A stretch of DNA of 41,191 nucleotides. Origin: a virus (lineage: Duplodnaviria; Caudoviricetes). Each line of letters starts with the position of its first letter. Within the stretch, counting starts at the first letter, position 1. Below, piece after piece: positions 1 to 8,748 of this stretch. Location: positions 1 to 41,191 of IMG/VR virus record IMGVR_UViG_3300049139_000224. One strand, 5' to 3'. The notes beneath the pieces are model-generated. The model worked only from the letters and a program-made list of their open reading frames with translations. It made no database searches and was not told where the DNA came from. A program made the translations under genes and the position numbers.

Positions 1-42
1 GCTCCGACGCGGGGGCGGCCCCCACAGAACGGAGCACCACCG

Positions 43-447
43 ATGACAAGCTACGAGACCCCGCTGACCCTGTCCCAGGTACTCGCCGCCGACGCCCCCG
101 CGTCGGAGCCGACCCCCGCCCCCATGGAGGACACCGCCGACGAGTACCTGTACTGCGGCGCCCTGCTGGACCCACCGGCCCTGACGCACACCTGCCATCG
201 CCGAGTGAGCCACCAGGGGGAGTGCGGGCCCCAGCACGACCGGCATGACGACGGCGACCCGGCCGCGCTGCGTGCCGAGCTCGAAGCCATTCGCGCCGAG
301 CTCGCCGCCGCCCGGCGGCTCTCCGAGGACCGCCGCCAGGCCATCGACTACATGGTCAACCCCGAACCCTCGGACCCGGACCGGGCGCGGATCGACCACC
401 CCACCACGGGGTACCTGCGCAAGCTCGCCGCCCCCGACAGCGAATAG
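43..447 (+). CDS. Hypothetical protein (134 aa) with Cys/His cluster and coiled coil
   Basis: GGAG RBS at 31-34, GC-rich third codon positions, followed by a hairpin. Confidence 0.75.
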   Translation: MTSYETPLTLSQVLAADAPASEPTPAPMEDTADEYLYCGALLDPPALTHTCHRRVSHQGECGPQHDRHDDGDPAALRAELEAIRAELAAARRLSEDRRQAIDYMVNPEPSDPDRARIDHPTTGYLRKLAAPDSE

Positions 448-457
448 CCCACCGACT

Positions 458-484
458 GCCCGCCCCCCGACCTCGGGGGCGGGC
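458..484 (+). terminator. GC-rich intergenic hairpin with ACCT loop
   Basis: GCCCGCCCCCCGA-CC-TCGGGGGCGGGC, one bulge, just after the stop at 447. Confidence 0.6.
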
Positions 485-510
485 CCACGACCCGGACGAG
501 GAGCACCACC

Positions 511-990
511 GTGGCCATGACCGACACCGCACTCACGGAGCACCTCCGCCAGCTGCGCGCCAGTGGATGGGGAGACGAGCGCGCCGACGCCGACCAGATC
601 GACGACCTCACCCGTATGCGCGACGAGCTGCGCCAGGGCCACCACCTGTGGAGCGTGACCGAGATCCTGGCCAGCACCCGCACGGCCCAGACCATGGCCA
701 ACCGCGCCGGCTCGCCCGCCGGCCGTGAGGCCCTGGCCGGCCTGGCCGCCGAGCTGGAGACGCACCTGCCCACACCCACCCGGGTGGAGGCCGACGCCGC
801 CCAGGTGCGCGAGCTGGCCGCCGAGGGCGCCACCGAGGAAGCGCGCGCTCGCCACCTGCTGCTGTGGACCCGGGTGCTGGAGACGATCGGCCAGGGCCAC
901 GGCGACGCCCGCGCCCTGGCCCATGCCGCTCTGGGCGCCTACGACGCCCGCGCCGAGCGTTTCGTGCTCGACCACCTGGCCGAGAACTAA
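511..990 (+). CDS. Hypothetical protein (start GTG 511 or ATG 517)
   Basis: GAGGAG RBS, good codon bias. Confidence 0.75.
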   Translation: MAMTDTALTEHLRQLRASGWGDERADADQIDDLTRMRDELRQGHHLWSVTEILASTRTAQTMANRAGSPAGREALAGLAAELETHLPTPTRVEADAAQVRELAAEGATEEARARHLLLWTRVLETIGQGHGDARALAHAALGAYDARAERFVLDHLAEN

Positions 991-999
991 CCGCCCCGA

Positions 1000-1023
1000 G
1001 CCGCCCCGCACCTGCGGGGCGGC
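1000..1023 (+). terminator. GC-rich intergenic hairpin with ACCT loop
   Basis: GCCGCCCCGCA-CC-TGCGGGGCGGC perfect inverted repeat after the stop at 990. Confidence 0.65.
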
Positions 1024-1051
1024 CTCTGCCACGACCGCGAAAGGACCCCTC

Positions 1052-2128
1052 ATGGACGAGGCCAAGCCTCCCCGCCCCGTCGGCCGCCCAGAGTTCGACC
1101 AGATGAGCGAAGCCGCGCTGGGCGAGCACGCCGACCGCATCCAAGCAGCGCGCGGGCGCGGCATCCTCGACTTCGCCCAAGCCCTCATCGACAGCTTCGA
1201 CCGGGCCGACGAAGCACGCAGGGCCGAGCAGGCGCGACGGCGCGCCGAGTGGGAGGCCTCCCCGGAGTACGCCGAGCACATGCGGCGGGTGCACCGCAAC
1301 CGGTCCGAGGCCGCTAAGAGGGGGTGGGAGACACGGCGCGAGCGCGAGGCGCAGGAAGAACGCGAGGGGTGGGAGCCGCACATGAGCCACCCCTGCCACC
1401 AGGTGGCAGCCGAAGAGGGCCGGTGCGCCGGGCGACGCCTTGACCTGTGCGGGTCCTGCCAAGAGCCCATCACCCCGGAGCAGATCGACGTGGCGGCCGC
1501 CGCCACCGACCCCGGGCTGGGAGTGGAGCAGCAGATCCGTGCCTGGCTGACCGCTGGCCTGTCCGGCCTGACGGTGACCGACCGTATGGCGGAGGCCGCC
1601 GCGCAGGCTTCGGCTCGGTTCGACATGGACCTAATGGAGTACCAGCACCTGATCGAGCGTGAGGGCGCTGAGCCGCGCGCGTACCGGCTGGCGGGCGCGG
1701 TCCTGCACGCCGCCTGGGAAGCGAAGGACCTGCCGCCGCTGCCCGACCTCGGAGAGGGGCCGCGCGTGCACGCCTACACCCCCACCGACGGCGCTCTACG
1801 CATGCGGTACCTGATGGGCAACCTCACCCCCACTCGCTACGAACTGCTGACCGCTGACGGGGTCCTGGAGGAGCAGGACGCGGCGGCGCCGACGGAGCAG
1901 GCACCGCCCGCGGCTCGGCGTCTGCTCGCCGCCGCGCACGCGGCCGGCCTGTCCTGGGACCTGTACACCGTGGCCGACGACCAGACCGCCCGCCTCGTCG
2001 TGCGCGGCCTGGACCGCCCCAGCAGCCGGGACGTGTGGGTGTGGAGGAAAGGCCGTCTGGACCGCGTCCACACGACCGGCCGCCCCCTGCGCGAGGCCCT
2101 GGCCGCCCTGACCACGGAGGATCCGTGA
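1052..2128 (+). CDS. Hypothetical multi-domain phage/plasmid protein (358 aa)
   Basis: AAAGGA RBS before ATG 1052, so the upstream extension to 725 is unlikely; contains RSEAAKRGWETRR motif and a Cys cluster. Confidence 0.7.
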   Translation: MDEAKPPRPVGRPEFDQMSEAALGEHADRIQAARGRGILDFAQALIDSFDRADEARRAEQARRRAEWEASPEYAEHMRRVHRNRSEAAKRGWETRREREAQEEREGWEPHMSHPCHQVAAEEGRCAGRRLDLCGSCQEPITPEQIDVAAAATDPGLGVEQQIRAWLTAGLSGLTVTDRMAEAAAQASARFDMDLMEYQHLIEREGAEPRAYRLAGAVLHAAWEAKDLPPLPDLGEGPRVHAYTPTDGALRMRYLMGNLTPTRYELLTADGVLEEQDAAAPTEQAPPAARRLLAAAHAAGLSWDLYTVADDQTARLVVRGLDRPSSRDVWVWRKGRLDRVHTTGRPLREALAALTTEDP

Positions 2129-2463
2129 TGGCGAACAGCACCGACGAACTCATCAACGGCTGGCTCCTGTCCGTGCTGCGCACGGGCGACGCCCGCCGTC
2201 AGGAGCCCCACCTCGAGCACGCGCACGTGCGCGAGTGCCCCACCACCACCGTGCGCATGGTCGACTCCGGGTGGCACTGCGACTGCACCTCCGAGTACAC
2301 CCGTGGCGACCGGTTCGAGCTGCACGCCCTCGCCACGTGCGACTGCGGGGCAGAGTTCTCCTGGCGGGCGATGCACTGGGGTGAGCTGCCCGGAGTGATC
2401 GACGCCCTGGACGCCTACAGCGAGGGCCCCGACTGCACGTACTGGCAGGACGAGAACGGCTGA
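2128..2463 (+). CDS. Hypothetical Cys-rich protein (111 aa)
   Basis: GGAGG RBS, TGATG overlap with the upstream stop; two CDC motifs. Confidence 0.7.
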   Translation: MANSTDELINGWLLSVLRTGDARRQEPHLEHAHVRECPTTTVRMVDSGWHCDCTSEYTRGDRFELHALATCDCGAEFSWRAMHWGELPGVIDALDAYSEGPDCTYWQDENG

Positions 2464-2472
2464 ACCGTCGAT

Positions 2473-2498
2473 CCCACCCGGGACACGGGCCGGGTGGG
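2473..2498 (+). terminator. Intergenic hairpin
   Basis: CCCACCCGG-N8-CCGGGTGGG after the stop at 2463. Confidence 0.5.
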
Positions 2499-2536
2499 CG
2501 ATGATGGGCACCACCGCAGAACAGAGGGAGGACGGC

Positions 2537-2878
2537 ATGGGCATAAGGACAGGGCCGGGCGAGGTCTGGATGTGGCCCACCCCAGCGCAGGGCGGAACGG
2601 TACCGGACACGGCCCCGGTGAACATCGGCACGGTGGGAGCCGCGACGTGGACCGACTTGGGGACCGCGGACGGGGACGGGGACGGGCTGACGGTCGCCGT
2701 GGACCGCCAGGGGTCGGGGTGGTGGCACGTGGTGTGGTGCCTGGACTGCACGACCGGCAAGCCGGGGCAGGAGATCCCGTTCTCCTCGGAGCAGGCGCGG
2801 GCGGAGTGGAAGCACGGGCACGAGCAGGGGACAGGCCACGGCTCGTACCGGCTGCGGTCGGTACGGAGGAGGCCGTGA
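2537..2878 (+). CDS. Hypothetical protein (113 aa) with CxxC
   Basis: GGAGG RBS before ATG 2537. Confidence 0.6.
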   Translation: MGIRTGPGEVWMWPTPAQGGTVPDTAPVNIGTVGAATWTDLGTADGDGDGLTVAVDRQGSGWWHVVWCLDCTTGKPGQEIPFSSEQARAEWKHGHEQGTGHGSYRLRSVRRRP

Positions 2879-3321
2879 TGGAGGAGTGTCTGGCGTGGCG
2901 GCACAAGCAGCTCGACGCCGAAGAACAGCTGGCGCTGGCGGCATCGGGCCCGCACGGCGCGAACGAGTCCTGGCGCACTGAGCCCTGGGGCGTGTCGGCC
3001 GGTGAACACCTCGAGAGCCTGGTGATCGGGCTCGGGGCGCTCGCACGCGCGGACCAGGAGGTCGCCGTACACATGGCACGCCACGACCCCCGCCAGGTAC
3101 TCGCGGACGTCCGCGCGAAACGGACCGTCCTGGAGCTGTACGAGCAGGCCCGCGACCACGCCGAGCAACTGTCCCCCGGGGCAGAGGATCTGCTCTCCAC
3201 CGTGCCGCCCGACGCGATGAGCGCCCCGCTGGCAGCGGTGAGAGCGTACGGGCGCGCAACGCGAGCCCTCACCGTCGGATACCGCCACCGGCCCGGCTGG
3301 AAGGACCAGTGGACGGCGTAA
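2878..3321 (+). CDS. DUF6221-like actinobacterial phage/plasmid protein
   Basis: HMARHDPRQVLADVRAKR and C-terminal YRHRPGWKDQW match the family pattern; GGAGG RBS and GTGATG overlap. Confidence 0.7.
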   Translation: MEECLAWRHKQLDAEEQLALAASGPHGANESWRTEPWGVSAGEHLESLVIGLGALARADQEVAVHMARHDPRQVLADVRAKRTVLELYEQARDHAEQLSPGAEDLLSTVPPDAMSAPLAAVRAYGRATRALTVGYRHRPGWKDQWTA

Positions 3322-3437
3322 CGGACCGACCGCGCGCCGAGTATCGGTCTCCGTCTGACCAGCCCAGATGTGCTCGCCTTCACCGGGGCGGGTACATGCC
3401 CAGCGACCGGCTCGGCACACGACACTGAGGAGCCCTC

Positions 3438-3995
3438 GTGCCCACCCCCGACGAGACCATCAGCCGCATCAACGCGGTCATGGACGACTACTCCATATCG
3501 CCCGACGCCATGCGGTCCCGCCCGCGCGCCAGCAGCACCCTCACCCTTGCCCGTGACCTGTACGAGGCGTTCACCGGACCCGCACCCCGAAGGGACACAC
3601 GGGCCGCCCTGGCCGTCGCCTACATGGACCGTTGCGCCGCCGGCTACCTGACCGCCGTGCGCGCGGTGCGCGACGTCGAACGCCGCGGAACGGACAGCCC
3701 GCACCACGGCGACGTGACCGTACCCCTGGTCGAACTGTGGGCGACGATCACCGACGGGCTCGCGCCCCTGGTTGAGTGGGCGGCCAGCCCCGAGGGCCAG
3801 GCGGCGCTCGCCGCGACCCCAGTCCCCGCTCCTGACCCGTGCCACTGCCTATGCCCCGTTGCCCACCCCGAACAGCAGGCGTGCACCGGGGAGGCGACCA
3901 CGACCGTGCACCGGTCCAGCCCTGTCGTGGGCGAGGTCGACGTGCCCACCTGCGAAGGGTGCGCCTCGGTGACCCGGGTGCCGGAGCCCGTGTAG
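3438..3995 (+). CDS. Hypothetical protein with C-terminal Cys-rich putative Zn-binding domain
   Basis: GAGGAG RBS; CHCLCPVAH...C...CEGC. Confidence 0.7.
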   Translation: MPTPDETISRINAVMDDYSISPDAMRSRPRASSTLTLARDLYEAFTGPAPRRDTRAALAVAYMDRCAAGYLTAVRAVRDVERRGTDSPHHGDVTVPLVELWATITDGLAPLVEWAASPEGQAALAATPVPAPDPCHCLCPVAHPEQQACTGEATTTVHRSSPVVGEVDVPTCEGCASVTRVPEPV

Positions 3996-4088
3996 CGCTA
4001 CGCTAGAGAAGACTGGAGAAGTCACCACCGCGCCCTCGGGCCGGTAGTGGCCTGGCCCCGCGCCAACGGGGCCGGTCACGTGAGCGCT

Positions 4089-4110
4089 GGCCCCACCCGA
4101 AGGTGGGGCC
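4089..4110. terminator. Hairpin between convergent genes (probable bidirectional terminator)
   Basis: GGCCCCACC-CGAA-GGTGGGGCC, with further imperfect hairpins at about 4046-4079 and 4107-4121. Confidence 0.6.
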
Positions 4111-4155
4111 TGGCCCAGGCCGCCCCGTCTGCCCGTCGCGTGTGGGCCTTCTGCG

Positions 4156-5115
4156 CTACCGTTCCAGCTCCAACCCGGTCGGCACATCGCCGGGCCGCAG
4201 ATCAGGCCTCGGGCGGATGTACTTCACCGGGTGCCTCCACCGGCCATGCGACACGGCCACATCGGGTTCCACTTCGACCACCAGCTCCGGCCGGACCCGC
4301 GAGTAGGGCGCCCGATCCGCGCCCCACGCCGGCGTGTACGTGGGCGGCCACGGATGCTCCGAGCCCGCCTTGTGGAGCAGGTCCACGATCTCGGCCTGCT
4401 GGTGGCCGTCCAGGTCCGTGGTCCGGCCGACCATGACAAGCTTCCCGACGTCCGGTTTCCACCTGCCGAGCAGGAGAGCACGCGGCAGGTGCACCGACCC
4501 GACCAACCCTCCGACGATCGCTTCGGTCGTCGTCCGCGCCTTCAACTTCTCCCACGCCCTCTTGCCTGGGCTGTAGGCGCGTCGGCTGTCCTTGATGACC
4601 ACGCCCTCAATGCCGACCCCGCTCAACCCCTCGAACCACTCCCGCGCGGTGCCGGTGTCGCCGGTCTGCCACACCAGGTCCAAGTGCGGGTCGTGGTCGG
4701 CGGCGAACACCTGCTCCAGTTGCTCGCGGCGGTAGGCGAGGGAGCGCCAGGCGATGTCACGGCCGCCGGCGCGCAGCAGGTCGAAGGCCACGAAGTGAGC
4801 GGGCTCGGCGCGCGCCAGCGCCCTGGCCCGGTCCCGGCCCGCCAGGTGGCGGCGCAGCAGGGCGTCGAAGCTGAGACCGCCGTCCAGCCAGCACACGATC
4901 TCACCGTCCAGCAGCAGCCCCGCGGGCAGGCTGTCGAGCGCGGACACCAACTCCGGCCACTGGCGGTTCACTGGCCGACCGGACCTGGAGAAGATCCGTA
5001 CCGGGCCGGTCGTCACGAGCGAACGGAAGCCGTCCCACTTCGGCTCATACCTCAAGCCCTCTCCCACCGGCAGCTTCGTCACGGTGCGGGCCAGCATCGG
5101 CTCAGGCACGTCCAC
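4156..5115 (-). CDS. ATP-dependent DNA ligase (LigC/LigD-ligase-like, about 319 aa)
   Basis: EPMLA; motif I EPKWDGFR; III LLLDGEIV; IIIa FVAFDLL; IV IEGVVIK; V WEKLK; VI RWRHP..RPD. Start codon uncertain. Confidence 0.92.
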   Translation of the reverse strand: MDVPEPMLARTVTKLPVGEGLRYEPKWDGFRSLVTTGPVRIFSRSGRPVNRQWPELVSALDSLPAGLLLDGEIVCWLDGGLSFDALLRRHLAGRDRARALARAEPAHFVAFDLLRAGGRDIAWRSLAYRREQLEQVFAADHDPHLDLVWQTGDTGTAREWFEGLSGVGIEGVVIKDSRRAYSPGKRAWEKLKARTTTEAIVGGLVGSVHLPRALLLGRWKPDVGKLVMVGRTTDLDGHQQAEIVDLLHKAGSEHPWPPTYTPAWGADRAPYSRVRPELVVEVEPDVAVSHGRWRHPVKYIRPRPDLRPGDVPTGLELER

Positions 5116-5180
5116 ACCTAGACCGTGCCCGCAGTGCGAACGGGACAACCGCAGGTGAGAGGCATCGTTCGGGCGGTGCC

Positions 5181-5546
5181 TCAGCCGCACGTGTCCCGCA
5201 GGAACTCCCCGGCGGTCTCCCGCGCGACCGCGATGTCCTCACCGCGGCGCTCGGCTCGTTCCTCGAACGCCTCGACCACAACCGTCACGGTCATGTCCTC
5301 GTTCGCCGCCCAGTCCGCGCACAGCTGGATCCGGTCCGCGCGGTCGAGCTCCTCCCACCGCTGCTCCATGTCCGCGCGCGCCGCCGAGTCGTCGCCGCCG
5401 GCGGTCAGGGCAAGCACGACCGCCAGGACCGCGATCGCGATCACGCCGGCCGTGCCGCCGACCACGGCCACGTGCCAGGGCCGGATGCCGCCGGGCGGGG
5501 GTGACGGGGGGATCTGAGGGGGTCGGGCCACGGAAGTCTCCTTCAC
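5181..5546 (-). CDS. Small membrane-anchored protein (121 aa)
   Basis: Pro-rich N-terminus, one hydrophobic segment (VAVVGGTAGVIAIAVLAVVLAL), two Cys. Confidence 0.6.
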   Translation of the reverse strand: MKETSVARPPQIPPSPPPGGIRPWHVAVVGGTAGVIAIAVLAVVLALTAGGDDSAARADMEQRWEELDRADRIQLCADWAANEDMTVTVVVEAFEERAERRGEDIAVARETAGEFLRDTCG

Positions 5547-5652
5547 TGGGGGTCGGGGTGACCGTAGCCGCCGCAGGGCCGGTTACTGGCCGGTTCGCTG
5601 GTGGCCAAGTGTGGACACTCCACCATGGTGCAAAGCAGCTAGCTACCCTGCA

Positions 5653-5665
5653 TACACCATGTAAA
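5653..5665. promoter_or_regulatory. Candidate operator TACA-N3-TGTA(AA) in the divergent promoter region
   Basis: TACACCATGTAAA in an AT-richer intergenic island; similar site at 28516-28528. Confidence 0.45.
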
Positions 5666-5687
5666 GGGCGATTCGGCGGGGGCCAGT

Positions 5688-5975
5688 GTGCAGCGTCTGG
5701 TGTGGGAGTACGTCACCAAGGGTGGCGCGGTCATCGTCCAGTACGTCCCCGAGGGGGTCACCCCCGAGCAGGCGGCGGCCCGCGCCTCGTCCTGGTTGGA
5801 GATCCCCGACCAGGTCCGCGACGAGGAGACCGGCACGGTCAAGCCCGCGGTGCTGGAGTTCGGCACCGTCACCGGAGGCCATGCGTCGGTGCGCCTGGAC
5901 CGGATCGACCACATCGCCACCGACTGGATCAACGCCGACGACGTGACGACCACAGGAGTTCCCGATGGCGAGTGA
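5688..5975 (+). CDS. Hypothetical protein (95 aa)
   Basis: First gene of a coupled plus-strand operon; good codon bias. Confidence 0.65.
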   Translation: MQRLVWEYVTKGGAVIVQYVPEGVTPEQAAARASSWLEIPDQVRDEETGTVKPAVLEFGTVTGGHASVRLDRIDHIATDWINADDVTTTGVPDGE

Positions 5976-6195
5976 GCAGCACCTGTACGGCATCTGGCAC
6001 ACCAACCCGGACAACCCCCGCCTGGGTTCATGGGTGAGCGTGCGCGGCCACATCATTGCCGACACCTACGAGAAGGTCCGTGACCTGGGCCTGCCCGGCC
6101 ACGTCCGCGCGCTCGCTCCTGCGATCACCGCGGAGGCGTTCCTCCGCGACTCCGTCTCCCCCACCCCATCCCCGCTGAGCACCGAGGAGAAGTAG
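5965..6195 (+). CDS. Hypothetical protein (76 aa)
   Basis: AGGAG RBS; overlaps the upstream gene. Confidence 0.65.
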   Translation: MASEQHLYGIWHTNPDNPRLGSWVSVRGHIIADTYEKVRDLGLPGHVRALAPAITAEAFLRDSVSPTPSPLSTEEK

Positions 6196-6702
6196 ATGTC
6201 CACCAAGACCGAACTGGAGACCGAGAACGCCCGGCTGCGCGCCCAGCTGGAAGCCGCAGCCGGGCCCATGCCCGAGAGTGAAGAGCTGATGGAGGTGGTA
6301 GCCCACAGCATCCACCAGGCCCACCTCGACCACGCCGAACCCGGCGAGGACGCCCCCGTGCGCTTCGACGACCTCGAGGAGACGCGCCAGCAGGCGCTTC
6401 GCGAGGCAGCCCACCAGGTGCTGTCCGACCTGGCGCTGCGCCGGTGGATCAGCGACCCCGCCCAGGAACGCGAGGCCAACCAGCTGCGCGAACAGCTCAC
6501 CGCCCGCGACGCCACCATCGCCGGGCTGCGCGCGTCCATGGACGCCGCCGGCGCCCACCCGGCCGACGGCGGCTACGACAAGGGGCACTCCGACGCCGCG
6601 CATAAGGCGGCCCGGATGCTGGCGCGCGCCACCGGCCGCCAGACTTCGCTCGTTGATGAGATCCGCGCAATGGGCGCCGACCCGAACGCCCCCGTCCTGT
6701 GA
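6196..6702 (+). CDS. Hypothetical coiled-coil protein (168 aa)
   Basis: GAGGAG RBS; abuts the previous stop; GTGA overlap with the next gene. Confidence 0.75.
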   Translation: MSTKTELETENARLRAQLEAAAGPMPESEELMEVVAHSIHQAHLDHAEPGEDAPVRFDDLEETRQQALREAAHQVLSDLALRRWISDPAQEREANQLREQLTARDATIAGLRASMDAAGAHPADGGYDKGHSDAAHKAARMLARATGRQTSLVDEIRAMGADPNAPVL

Positions 6703-8735
6703 CCGGGGCCGGGCCGGACGCCGCGGTGGTGACGGTGTCGATGCCCTACCACGGCACCCCGGGCACCGTCCGGCGTGCGGTGGACGCGGTCCTGGCCCAG
6801 ACCATGCCGCGTCTGCGCCTGGTCGTGGTCAACGACGGCGACCGTGGCGCCCCGCCGTGGGAGGCGCTCGCGGACATCACCGACCCGCGCCTGCACCGGG
6901 TGAATCTGCCCGACCAACGGGGCCGGTACTACTGCGACGCCGTCACCCTGGCTGCGTGCACCACCCCGTGGTGGACCGTCCACGATGCCGACGACGCCGC
7001 CGACCCGGCCTGGCTGGAGGCGATGCTGGAGGCGGCCGACGGCCAGGGCGCGGACGTGGTGCTCACCGCCCAGACCGTGCACCACCTGGACGGGCAGGTG
7101 TATGAGGAGCAGCCTCTGCCGTGGCAGGAGGGCGCCTACCGGCACCACGCCCACATGGCCGGCCTGTGGTCCACCGCCTTCCTGCGCTCCGTGGGCGGAC
7201 CGCACCCCGGCTACCGGGTGGGGTGGGACACCATGCTCACCGGCACCGCCCTGGCCATGGGGGCGGCCACCATCCTGGACCGGCCGCTGTACACCCGGTA
7301 CCGCCGCCCCGGGTCCCTCACCAGCTCCCCCACCACCGGGATGCGCTCCGCGTACCGTCGCACCGCGGTGGCTGAGCTGCGCCGGCTGTGGCCGCTCATG
7401 GTGGCCGCCGCCCCGCACGGGCCCGGCGCGGTGCGCCAGGTCCTGGCCAGCAGCCGGATCCGCGGGGACTGGGACGCGGTCACCGACCAGGCGCTGCGCC
7501 TGCACCGGCCCGCCGCCCTGGATGAGCCCGGCCTGTGGTCGGGGTGGGCCCTGGACGCGCCGGGCGCCCAGCTCGTGCACTCCCGCCTGATCGGGCGGCG
7601 CCCGCGCCTGATCGTGGAGGCCGGGTCCGGCGCCAGCACGGTGCTGCTCGCCGAGTACGCCCGCACCGCAGGGGCCCGCGTGGTGTCCCTGGAACACCAG
7701 GCTCAGTACCGCGAGGCCACCGCCCGGCTGCTGGCCGAGCGCTGCCTGGCCGACTATGTGGACCTGCGCCTGGCCCCGCTCATGTCCACCCCAGCCGGGC
7801 CCTGGTACCACACCCCTCTCCCCGACGGGATCGACCTCGCCCTGGTCGACGGCCCACCCGAGGGCGCCGGCGGACGGGCGGCCGCGCTCCCCGAACTCCT
7901 CGCCCACCTGGCCGAGGGTGCGGAGCTGGTCCTGGACGACGCACACCGGCCGGGCGAGCGCACCGCGCTCGCCCAGTGGGAGCGCCTGGGCGCGGCCGTT
8001 ACCTTCCGCCGCGAGGGCGCGGGCAAGACCGTGGCGCTCGTGCACCCCCCGGCTCGACGCCGAGCAGGTGCGGAGCAGATGGTGGTGACCCTGCTGACCG
8101 GGCACCGGCCCGCCCTGCTGCACCGCGCCCTGTCCAGCCTGCGCGGCCTGCACCCCCACCTGCTGGAGGAAGCCCGCGTGGTGGTGCTGCACAACGGCGC
8201 TGACGACGCCACCGCCGCGGTGCTGGACGCCCACGCCGACGTGATCGACGAGCACCTGGTCCACACCGGCCCGCTGCTGTCCTGCGGGGACGCGACGAGC
8301 CGCCTCGCGGCGGCCGCGGCCGCCAGCAACCGCCGGTTCTGGCTGCACCTGGAGGACGACTGGCAGGCCCAGCCCGGCCCGGCCGAGTGGCTGGAGCAGG
8401 CCTGCCGCATCCTGTCCGCCGACCCGGGCGTGCATCAGGTGCGGCTGCGCCACACCACTGAGCAGGTGCTGGCCTGGCACATGGTCACCCGCCGCCCCCT
8501 GCACTGGGAGCCCCTGTCCGGGTACCGGCGCGCGGCCGAGGCGCACTGGACGCTCAACCCCAACCTGACCCGCACCGCCGACATCCCGCTGGTGTGGCCC
8601 GCGGACGGTGAGCGCGAAGTGCAGCGGCGCGCCCACGCCGCCGGGCTGCGCGGCGTGGCCCAGCTCGTCCCCGGAGTGTTCACCCACATCGGCCAGGACG
8701 CCTCGCTGCGCGAGCGCACCGGCTGCCCCATCTGA
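6699..8735 (+). CDS. Trimodular GT2 glycosyltransferase / class I SAM methyltransferase / GT-A glycosyltransferase (678 aa)
   Basis: GT2: VSMPYH..AVDAVLAQT..VVVNDG..HDADD. Methyltransferase: IVEAGSGAST..VSLEH..LVDGPP..LVLDDAHR. C-terminal GT-A: LHLEDDW..NPNL..FTHIG. Confidence 0.88.
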   Translation: MTGAGPDAAVVTVSMPYHGTPGTVRRAVDAVLAQTMPRLRLVVVNDGDRGAPPWEALADITDPRLHRVNLPDQRGRYYCDAVTLAACTTPWWTVHDADDAADPAWLEAMLEAADGQGADVVLTAQTVHHLDGQVYEEQPLPWQEGAYRHHAHMAGLWSTAFLRSVGGPHPGYRVGWDTMLTGTALAMGAATILDRPLYTRYRRPGSLTSSPTTGMRSAYRRTAVAELRRLWPLMVAAAPHGPGAVRQVLASSRIRGDWDAVTDQALRLHRPAALDEPGLWSGWALDAPGAQLVHSRLIGRRPRLIVEAGSGASTVLLAEYARTAGARVVSLEHQAQYREATARLLAERCLADYVDLRLAPLMSTPAGPWYHTPLPDGIDLALVDGPPEGAGGRAAALPELLAHLAEGAELVLDDAHRPGERTALAQWERLGAAVTFRREGAGKTVALVHPPARRRAGAEQMVVTLLTGHRPALLHRALSSLRGLHPHLLEEARVVVLHNGADDATAAVLDAHADVIDEHLVHTGPLLSCGDATSRLAAAAAASNRRFWLHLEDDWQAQPGPAEWLEQACRILSADPGVHQVRLRHTTEQVLAWHMVTRRPLHWEPLSGYRRAAEAHWTLNPNLTRTADIPLVWPADGEREVQRRAHAAGLRGVAQLVPGVFTHIGQDASLRERTGCPI

Positions 8736-8748
8736 GAGGAGACCCCTC

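Noticed and set aside
1-1050. CRISPR array or integron attC sites
   Set aside because: Hairpins are not identical, are separated by whole genes, and no cas or integron integrase gene is present
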